Assembly: GCA_030605195.1 (NCBI GenBank)
Contig: JAUWBB010000002.1
Span: 1 to 39,206 of the forward strand
Length of the DNA: 39,206 bases
Reading direction: 5' to 3'
DNA from: Bacteroidota bacterium
Lineage (GTDB): Bacteria > Bacteroidota > Bacteroidia > Bacteroidales > VadinHA17
The position numbers were made by a program, and so were the translations under genes. Below the pieces are notes generated by a model. It had not been told where the DNA came from and did no database searches. It was given only the letters and a program-made list of their open reading frames with translations. This document shows, piece after piece, positions 18,301-24,400 of this stretch (positions within the stretch are counted from its first letter, which is position 1; every line of letters starts with the position of its first letter).

Positions 18301-18775
18301 AATTGTAATGACAAGTATTGGTATAATCGCTCTGGCAGGAATTGTGGTAAATAATGCAATTGTTTTAATCGATTACATTGAATTACTAAAGGCCCGGAAA
18401 AGAAAAGAGCTTGGCATGGAGGAAGATGCTTTTCTCCCCTTGAATATTGCTACAGAATGTGTAGTGCAGGGAGGAAAAACCAGGCTAAGACCCGTGTTGT
18501 TAACGGCAATCACAACAATATTAGGACTTTTACCCCTGGCAACGGGAATGAACATAAATTTTAATACACTGCTTAATGATTTTAATCCTCAGCTTTATTT
18601 TGGCGGCGATATGGTAGCATTCTGGAGCCCGATTTCATGGACCATAATTTTCGGGCTGACCTTTTCAACCTTTTTAACTTTAGTCATTGTCCCGGTAATG
18701 TACCGGATTAGCATTATTATTCAGAAAAAATTAATATACATGTTTAATCCGGGGAATAGAGTAAGTAGTATGTAG
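15344..18775 (+). CDS. efflux RND transporter permease (AcrB/HAE1-like)
   Basis: 1143 aa. Conserved TM4 'LALGMLVDNAIVVVENI' and TM10 'IALAGIVVNNAIVLIDY' proton-relay regions, with two large periplasmic loops. Confidence 0.9.
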   Translation: MNVKQTIDSIVREFKLTTLALKNKNTVFLLTLFIVFFGLYSYIKLAKELFPEIVIPTILVQTLYPGNSPLDIENLISRPIEKEIESINGIKELRSNSIQDASMVIIEFNTNVDIKDALQDVKDAVDKAKNELPGDLLRDPVVLDIDVSEFPILNINLSGDFSIEELKFYAEYLEDKIESIEEISKVEIKGINDKEIKINVDLYRLEAYELTFFDIESAIIMENISISGGEIRLGKTRRAIRTVGEFKDVGEIENIIVKHDNGNIIYLKNVADVIDGYEDPTNFARLNEKPVISLQVVKKSGENLLSATDKIFEIMDNAQNSGAIPVNMTVSFTNDQSDMIRKQLNNLENSMIMGVLLVVLVLFYFLGTRNALFVGLAIPMSMFTSFMILSLIGYKINMIILFALILALGMLVDNAIVVVENIYRFIDRGFKPFEAARQAVGEIAVPIIASTLTTWAAFLPLAFWGGVIGSFMKYLPITLIIVLSSSLFVGLVIIPVFSSTFIKHGENRNDNTPRKKRTYKIVGGMTILAIVLYLIKFYFLANILSFLAAIIFLNTLFLYKAERWFQNIFLIWLENSYLKILLFALKGKNPFTFFGGTILLLLATLILFGIRRPQVNFFPVTEPSYINVIAELPIGTDITATDSMMMLLEKDIDYLLGENNKIVESVLTTVGTGSSFGFSTGDEPNKGLITITFVDYEDRNKINTSRILEELSEYLIGKYPGVLISTEKNEMGPPTGRPISIEISGTNFEEIIYWTDSLQDYIEQLQVEGIEGLKMDLDVGKPEIIVNIDRDKARRFGISTMEIASTIRTALFGKEISDFKVGEEEYPIKLRLKDENRYNMASLLNLRISFREEGKLIQIPVSAVADITYSTTYGAVNRKDMNRVITLYSNILEGYNGTQINNRLKNLLKDFGLPEGYEFSFTGEQEEQQESMAFLSKAMLIALALILVILVTQFNSLIKPLIIIASVIFSTIGVFGGISTFRMDFIIVMTSIGIIALAGIVVNNAIVLIDYIELLKARKRKELGMEEDAFLPLNIATECVVQGGKTRLRPVLLTAITTILGLLPLATGMNINFNTLLNDFNPQLYFGGDMVAFWSPISWTIIFGLTFSTFLTLVIVPVMYRISIIIQKKLIYMFNPGNRVSSM

Positions 18776-18787
18776 TCTCCCACCAAA

Positions 18788-18806
18788 CTGAAAAATATTT
18801 TTTCAG
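18788..18806 (+). terminator. weak AT-rich hairpin downstream of the RND gene
   Basis: ctgaaaaa tat tttttcag, an 8-bp mostly A:T stem about 13 nt after the stop codon. Confidence 0.3.
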
Positions 18807-18846
18807 AATAAAAACATGGCAATCAGAATAAAATCAAAATAAATTA

Positions 18847-18854
18847 TAATTTTG
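18847..18854 (+). promoter_or_regulatory. candidate -7 promoter box (TAnnTTTG)
   Basis: taattttg lies 26 nt upstream of the ATG at 18880. Confidence 0.4.
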
Positions 18855-18879
18855 TTATAGCTAATGCTGAGATGCATTT

Positions 18880-20016
18880 ATGAAAAACCTTCCTTCTACT
18901 GATCATGCTTTTGTATATTTCCTTTATCAGATGATGTTAAAGGATCATTTAAATTATGCATACCGGGGGATTTTTACACAGGGAATTACCGATAGCTTAA
19001 TAAACTTCATACAAGGTCTTCTGGAGATTACCGGAGGGAGTCGGAAAATCAAGAAAAGGGTATTTTATGTGATGATTGAATGCATACAAAACGTTACCAG
19101 GCATCAGGAAATACTTGATAAGGCAAAACTACGAACCGATGGGATATTACTTTTTCAAAGTAAAGCAGGAATGTATAATATATCAATGGGTAATTCAATT
19201 GATAACAAGCATATTGATTTACTGAAAGAAAAACTTGAGAAAGTTAATCAACTAAGTAAAGAAGAATTAAAGGAATATTACAAAACAGTATTGAAAAATA
19301 CCGTTATTTCTGAAAAAGGTGGTGCCGGGCTTGGATTGATAGAAATTGCGAGAAAATCAGGCAATCAACTGGGGTTTAAATTTAGAAAACTGGATGATAA
19401 TTTTTCTTTTTTCTTTATGGACACCTTAATTAATGAGCTTGAGTATGCCAATTCAGAACAAATGCGTTTTTTTAATGGTGTTGAAGTCACAGAAAAAGTA
19501 ATGGATATGATGGATTTGAACCATATCAATCTTCTTTATCGTGGCCAGTTTTCTGAACATCAGGCATTTGACATGTTGGATGTGATAGAAAATGTACGGT
19601 TTCATAAAGGCCAGACCAAGTTGGTTAAAAAAAGAATATTCAGGATTGTGATTGAAATGCTTGAGAATATTTCCTTGCATGGTGCAGGCCTAAAATTCCT
19701 GGCAGGTCAGAAAATGGGTATCTTGTTGATAGGGAGAGAGGGAAAAACAAATAGATTAATTACAGGGAATTTAATAATGAATGATTCAGCAAAAACTTTA
19801 GCAAAACAACTTGAATATATTAATAGTATAAATAAAAAAAAGCTGAATGATTTTTTTATCCGGAAACTTGATGATGAAGATATGTCGGATGTTAAAACGG
19901 ATTTGGGTTTTGTGGATATGCGCAGAAAGAGTGGTAACGTATTAAGTTACCAAATTGTTCCTGTTAATTCCGATTGTTCGTTTTTCTCCCTCGAAGTGAA
20001 TATTGAAGAAAAGTAA
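18880..20016 (+). CDS. tandem-duplicated SiaB-like / DUF6272 (GHKL ATPase-fold) protein
   Basis: Two collinear halves. Half 1 has 'YRGIFTQ...KKRVFYVMIECIQNVTRH...KGGAGLGLIEIARKSG'. Half 2 has 'YRGQFSE...KKRIFRIVIEMLENISLH...KTDLGFVDMRRKSG'. The GGxGLG box resembles the G2 box of histidine-kinase-like ATPases. Confidence 0.55.
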   Translation: MKNLPSTDHAFVYFLYQMMLKDHLNYAYRGIFTQGITDSLINFIQGLLEITGGSRKIKKRVFYVMIECIQNVTRHQEILDKAKLRTDGILLFQSKAGMYNISMGNSIDNKHIDLLKEKLEKVNQLSKEELKEYYKTVLKNTVISEKGGAGLGLIEIARKSGNQLGFKFRKLDDNFSFFFMDTLINELEYANSEQMRFFNGVEVTEKVMDMMDLNHINLLYRGQFSEHQAFDMLDVIENVRFHKGQTKLVKKRIFRIVIEMLENISLHGAGLKFLAGQKMGILLIGREGKTNRLITGNLIMNDSAKTLAKQLEYINSINKKKLNDFFIRKLDDEDMSDVKTDLGFVDMRRKSGNVLSYQIVPVNSDCSFFSLEVNIEEK

Positions 20017-20056
20017 AACTAATTTTCGTGTTGACCATTTAATGGATTTCGACATA

Positions 20057-20518
20057 TTATCTTCGCTTTCGCCGTAATTTTTTTCTATCCACGTGTAATT
20101 CACGTTTCTTCCAGGCAATTAATCCGTCCCTGAGAAGATATACTTTTTCAAACCCCATTTCAACCAGGAGAGCACAAGCTGTTGTGCTTCGATTGCTGTC
20201 ATCACAATACACAAAAAGAGGTTGTTCAAAATCAAGCGTATCTGCCAAACGGAAAAGTTCAGAACTGTTGGGGGCAAGAATTGCATGGGGAATTCGCACC
20301 TTTCGGTATTCCTTGTATTCCCTGACATCAATCAGAACCTCATTTTCAACAAGGTTCATCTGGATGAAAAACTCATGTACATCTACCTCCTGAAAATCAC
20401 CGGATTGTTTTTCCTGGGTAAATCCCGGCAAAGTCAAAAGAAAAATAAAACAAGCAAGATTTGTAGCAAGAATTATTTTTCCGGCACCTCCTTTTCTACC
20501 GGCAACAGCAATCTTCAT
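20057..20518 (-). CDS. rhodanese-like domain protein with a chimeric N-terminus
   Basis: Rhodanese core 'VLIDVREYKEYRKVRIPHAI ... LFVYCDDSNRSTTACALL ... GLIAWKK' with a CX4R active-site loop. The N-terminal 22 aa look like a MinD/Mrp Walker-A stub (see findings). Confidence 0.8.
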   Translation of the reverse strand: MKIAVAGRKGGAGKIILATNLACFIFLLTLPGFTQEKQSGDFQEVDVHEFFIQMNLVENEVLIDVREYKEYRKVRIPHAILAPNSSELFRLADTLDFEQPLFVYCDDSNRSTTACALLVEMGFEKVYLLRDGLIAWKKRELHVDRKKLRRKRR

Positions 20519-20593
20519 TAAAATATTATTTATAGAAAAATCAGATATACAATGAATTATGCCTCTTTCTACTTTCTTTAAGGTTTAGTAAAT

Positions 20594-20864
20594 TAACGTG
20601 AGTTCGATATCCGCTTAACGGATTACAATGCTGTCGGATGTTTCCATCCGAGACAGTTAATGATATGGCAAGATATTAATTACTCCAGTATTTAATGTCA
20701 GGTGGAAACACCTGACATCATGTAATGATGGAATTTTGGATAAATGGATTATTGGATTTATTCATAATTCCAATATTCCAATATTCCATTTTATCAAGGT
20801 CAAAATAATTTAGTGCCAGAGTATTAATGAATTACCTAATATTACTTATATTGAACTCACGTTA
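20594..20864. repeat. about 270-bp intergenic unit bounded by 17-bp inverted repeats (16/17), with internal hairpins
   Basis: taacgtgagttcgatat (20594-20610) versus atattgaactcacgtta (20848-20864). Internal hairpins at 20631-20656 and 20695-20718 (10-bp stem, GAAA loop), and GGAT(W)3T / CCAATATT short repeats at 20738-20790. Confidence 0.6.
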
Positions 20865-21656
20865 TTTATTATATTTTTCAATTATTGTTTTGACATCAGA
20901 CATTCTAAAATCATATATTCTGCGTAATTGTCCCAATGCTCTGCTATTAGAAACCGATTCTGGTATTCCGAGTTGCTGCTTTAAATAATCAACCGGAACA
21001 TTGTGGTTTTCAGAAACTTCGAGGATTGTCATAAATCCTCTGATGTCTAAAGGGCTTTCCTGATGGTCATGTGTTTGTATGGAAGAATCGTGTGTGTCCG
21101 AAGTTTCAATAATTTTTTTTGTAACTTTATATTCCAGGTCCTTTATTCCGTGTTGAATCTCTTTTTTCGCTTCTTTGATTTCTTCCTTTACTGCTTTTTC
21201 AGAAAGTCTTATTATTTCAAAATCAGTATTAATATTTCTCTGTCGGCCCCTTCCCTGTTCAATATCTTGTATTTCGGGATTTATTATAAGAAAAGAAAAA
21301 ACCAGGAATATACTGATAATGATGAATATTGTTGTTAAGATTCGCCGCCACATTTTCCGCGGAATAAATTTACCGAACATTCCCAGAAGGATTTTCCAGT
21401 TAAGAAAAAGATGAAGAAAAAGCAATCCTATTAAAACAAAAGCAATAATAAGATGAATTTTCCCCCATACATGTCTGTCCAATCCAAAGAAAAACATATC
21501 AAAATTTCTACCGTATTTTTCCCATCTTTCAACCCCTGATATTAAGACATATTTCATTAAAAAACCTATTCCTGCAATTGCCATCATGCAGAGAAACATT
21601 GAAACATTAATTATCAATTTTATTGTGGATCTATTAATTTTTTTTTTGTTTTTCAT
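20862..21656 (-). CDS. DUF4405-like membrane protein with a charged linker and a small C-terminal helical domain
   Basis: N-terminal 4-TM region with conserved His residues ('LDRHVWGKIHLIIAFVLIGLLFLHLFLNW'), as I recall for DUF4405. C-terminal 'MTILEVSENHNVPVDYLKQQLGIPESV' module. Last gene of the DUF134 operon. Confidence 0.6.
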   Translation of the reverse strand: MKNKKKINRSTIKLIINVSMFLCMMAIAGIGFLMKYVLISGVERWEKYGRNFDMFFFGLDRHVWGKIHLIIAFVLIGLLFLHLFLNWKILLGMFGKFIPRKMWRRILTTIFIIISIFLVFSFLIINPEIQDIEQGRGRQRNINTDFEIIRLSEKAVKEEIKEAKKEIQHGIKDLEYKVTKKIIETSDTHDSSIQTHDHQESPLDIRGFMTILEVSENHNVPVDYLKQQLGIPESVSNSRALGQLRRIYDFRMSDVKTIIEKYNK

Positions 21657-21673
21657 TTTTTTAAATTTTTATT

Positions 21674-22009
21674 TTAATGATCGCATAAATTTTCTGTTGT
21701 TACCAATGTCCCGTTTAAAAAATCTCTAACCAGTTCTTCCGGTCTTTTTGCAGGAGCTCCTGTATATACATTTATTTTATTCTGGTTAAAGATAGAAATT
21801 GCACGTTGGCCTATACCTCCTGCAATCACATCGGTAACCCCCAACTCATGTAGCCAGAGTGGAAGCAAACCGGGTTGATGCGTGGGTGATTTTTTAGTGA
21901 CCGAATTTCTAATTTCCTGTCCTTCCGTATCAAATATTTGAAAGTCATCACAATGACCAAAATGGGTACTTAAAATACCGTTTAATACCGGTACAGCAAT
22001 TTTTTTCAT
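21674..22009 (-). CDS. NifB/NifX-family (dinitrogenase FeMo-cofactor-binding domain) protein
   Basis: 111 aa with 'KIAVPV....S.HFGHCDDFQIFD' and 'GVTDVIAGGIGQRAISIF', the classic NifX/NifB C-terminal domain pattern. Confidence 0.8.
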   Translation of the reverse strand: MKKIAVPVLNGILSTHFGHCDDFQIFDTEGQEIRNSVTKKSPTHQPGLLPLWLHELGVTDVIAGGIGQRAISIFNQNKINVYTGAPAKRPEELVRDFLNGTLVTTENLCDH

Positions 22010-22116
22010 TTTTTCAGTTTTTTTTATTTAAACATATAAATTTCACACGGATCAGTATCCATTTGTGTTAAGACCGGTCCGCCCGCCCGCCTGCCCGTCC
22101 GACCTGTAAGTTCAAA

Positions 22117-22458
22117 TTATTCTTTTTCAGTTTGTAGTTTGGAAATACGATCTTGAACTTCTTTCAGGGATTTTTGAAAATTCTTTTCAATTTGTTTGAA
22201 ATGTTCTAATTCATCCTTTTTCCCTGGATAATAAGCATCGGCATCTGCAGGATAGTCGTAGAAAGGAGCACTGCTCCAATATCTGCGATTCCAGCCAAAC
22301 CGTCGTTGAAGACCCCTTCCCAAACCGAATCCCCGGCCAAAACCTCTTCCGGGGTAAAAATTAGCAAATCCGGGCATATCGTCGCCTGTGCAATAGCCTG
22401 CTGCACGGCCAGTCATTGGGCCTAATCCTTCAGGCCCTGTTCTGTCTCCTCTTGGCAT
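22117..22458 (-). CDS. DUF5320 domain protein
   Basis: 'MPRGDRTGPEGLGPMTGRAAGYCTG' N-terminus, a Gly/Arg/Phe-rich middle and a C-terminal coiled coil. Strong AAGGAGG (22464-22470) lies 5 nt upstream of the ATG. Confidence 0.75.
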   Translation of the reverse strand: MPRGDRTGPEGLGPMTGRAAGYCTGDDMPGFANFYPGRGFGRGFGLGRGLQRRFGWNRRYWSSAPFYDYPADADAYYPGKKDELEHFKQIEKNFQKSLKEVQDRISKLQTEKE

Positions 22459-22523
22459 AATAACCTCCTTTTTTATTTGTTTATATTTAAACCTCTTGTC
22501 CTTCCTTAGCCTTTAATTATTTT

Positions 22524-23096
22524 TTATTCTCTTATAAGAGTTATATCACATTTTGGGCATTTCAGATTATGGCATGGATTTCCCGGCATATGAGATATTT
22601 TATACCCACAATTCAGGCAAATGCAAAACTCCCTGTGCCAATTTTTCTTTTGCCCATGCCTGTGTCTCATTCCCGGCCTCCAGTTACGGATACTTTCATT
22701 GATGTTTTCAATATTGTCAGATTGACAATGCGGACAAACTTTTTTTGATTCGAAATTTAGGTGAAATACATAAAAACAATTGTTGCACCTTAACCATTGC
22801 TTATCAAACGTCACCTGTCCTCCTTCAATCACTACCGGCTTTCCTTCTACAAAAGCTTTTGCCAGTTTTTTCCTTACCGTATCATAAATTCGCGTAAAGG
22901 TCGGACGTGAAATTTGCATTTTTTTTGCTGCCTCCACGTGAGATAAATTATCATAATCTGTGAGTTTAAAGGCTTCGTATTCTTCGAATTGTATGGAAAT
23001 AACTTCTTCTGCAGGGAAAGGTACACCTGTAGGCCTGAAGCCTTTTAAAAAAGGCGGATTACCAATCCTTCGGTTTCTTTTTGGCCTTGGAGACAT
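22524..23096 (-). CDS. DUF134 (sigma-70 region-4-like HTH) putative regulator fused to two zinc-ribbon modules
   Basis: 'PRPKRNRRIG..P....F.P.G......I.I..EEYEA.KL.D...LS..EAAK.M.ISR.TF.RI' is the DUF134 pattern. The C-terminal 90 aa carry CNNC..CPHC and CICLNCG..H..G.PC....CPKC. Confidence 0.8.
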   Translation of the reverse strand: MSPRPKRNRRIGNPPFLKGFRPTGVPFPAEEVISIQFEEYEAFKLTDYDNLSHVEAAKKMQISRPTFTRIYDTVRKKLAKAFVEGKPVVIEGGQVTFDKQWLRCNNCFYVFHLNFESKKVCPHCQSDNIENINESIRNWRPGMRHRHGQKKNWHREFCICLNCGYKISHMPGNPCHNLKCPKCDITLIRE

Positions 23097-23128
23097 TATT
23101 ATAATATGTAATGATCAAATGCTCGATA

Positions 23129-23136
23129 CAAATATA
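23129..23136 (-). promoter_or_regulatory. candidate -7 promoter box (TATATTTG on the minus strand) for the DUF134 operon
   Basis: Plus-strand caaatata at 23129-23136, about 33 nt upstream of the start at 23096. Confidence 0.35.
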
Positions 23137-23293
23137 ATGAACAAATGTTCATAATGCAAATTTTTTGACGTTTTTTTTATGGAATAGCCTGTGTCTTTGG
23201 AACGGATTACTTTCAATTTGTTATGGCAGTTTCTCCCAAAGGGATGCCTTGGGTAGGCGCATTTGTACATTGTATGTAATTTCTACAATAATG

Positions 23294-23315
23294 GAACCTC
23301 TCCGAGGTTCTTTTT
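23294..23315 (+). terminator. orphan intrinsic-terminator-like hairpin (7-bp stem, 3-nt loop, T5)
   Basis: gaacctc tcc gaggttc followed by ttttt. No plus-strand CDS lies upstream of it. Confidence 0.4.
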
Positions 23316-23554
23316 GAGAGAGAGACCATAAAGGTTTTTCATTGGGTAAATACACTTCCTTATTACATAATTTCACGGGGTAAAATATTTGTTATTTGTC
23401 CGAAGGACTCCTTTGGAGAATTTTGGAATTTCCGGTTTACCCCGTTGGATTTATTGATTTATCCTACGGGGTTTATCCGGGTTAGGGCCTTTCTTCTTAT
23501 TTATTAACTTGCAACCTGTAACCCGCAACTTGATTTTTTTTAAACCCTGATTTA

Positions 23555-24250
23555 ATGAAAGGGATCCTTCACCTTTTAGCTGATTTTGTAAATCTTCTTT
23601 ACCCCCGGCTTTGTCCTTCTTGTGGACAAAATTTATTTAAGCAGGAGAAATTGATCTGTACCCAATGTCTTTATCATATCCCAAAAACAAATTTTCATCA
23701 TTTTAATGATAATCCGGTAGCCAGGCTATTATGGGGAAGGGTTAATGTCGAAAATGCCACTTCCTATTATTTTTTTGATAAAGGGAGTAAATTTCAGGCG
23801 CTGATCCATAATATGAAATATCGCGGACAAAAGGAAATAGGTTATGAACTTGGCAAAATCTTTGGCGGTGAATTAATGTCTTCTGGTGCTTATCGGGAGA
23901 TTGATTTGATAGTGCCGGTCCCATTACATGTCAGGAAACAAAGGAAACGTGGGTACAACCAAAGTGAGTGGATAGCCAGGGGTATCGCCGAGCGAATGGA
24001 AAAACCACTTGATACAAAGACTCTTTACAGGGCAATTGAATCGGAAACTCAAACGCGAAAAACCAGGTACGAACGGTGGAAAAATGTTGAAAATATTTTC
24101 AAACTAAAAACTGCTGACGCCTTAAAAGACAAACATATTCTGCTTGTCGACGATGTTGTTACTACCGGTTCAACTCTTGAAGCCTGTGCAAAAGTTATCC
24201 TGGATGCTGAGAACACGAAAGTAAGTGTTGCCACTTTAGCTATGGCCTGA
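23555..24250 (+). CDS. comF: ComF family protein (phosphoribosyltransferase-fold, ComFC-like)
   Basis: N-terminal double CxxC ('CPSCGQ'...'CTQC') and the C-terminal PRTase motif 'ILLVDDVVTTGSTLEAC'. Confidence 0.85.
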   Translation: MKGILHLLADFVNLLYPRLCPSCGQNLFKQEKLICTQCLYHIPKTNFHHFNDNPVARLLWGRVNVENATSYYFFDKGSKFQALIHNMKYRGQKEIGYELGKIFGGELMSSGAYREIDLIVPVPLHVRKQRKRGYNQSEWIARGIAERMEKPLDTKTLYRAIESETQTRKTRYERWKNVENIFKLKTADALKDKHILLVDDVVTTGSTLEACAKVILDAENTKVSVATLAMA

Positions 24251-24400
24251 TCTCATAGTTTATTATGAGACTTATATTTTAAGAATAATATTTAGAGAGA
24301 GTTCGTAATACTTAACGTTTATGCCTAACAAAATGTCAATAACGGAGTGAAGGATACGCTCATTTTTCAAGGTTTGTGCTTTGCGGTGCATGTAACTAAA

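Noticed and set aside
20597-20612. 'gtgagttcgatatcc' looked like a tRNA T-arm (GTTCGAxxC)
   Set aside because: The flanking bases do not form a T-stem. No acceptor, D or anticodon arms can be drawn. The segment is better explained as one arm of the 17-bp inverted repeat.
23110-23268. A minus-strand ORF of about 51 codons (MYKCAYPRHPFGRNCHNKLKV...) and an 18-codon plus-strand ORF (MAVSPKGMPWVGAFVHCM) in the DUF134/comF spacer
   Set aside because: Neither has an RBS or promoter logic. The minus-strand ORF runs through the candidate DUF134 promoter. The apparent peptide similarity to the 10175 region (RHPFG / PKG..W) just reflects the shared hairpin DNA.
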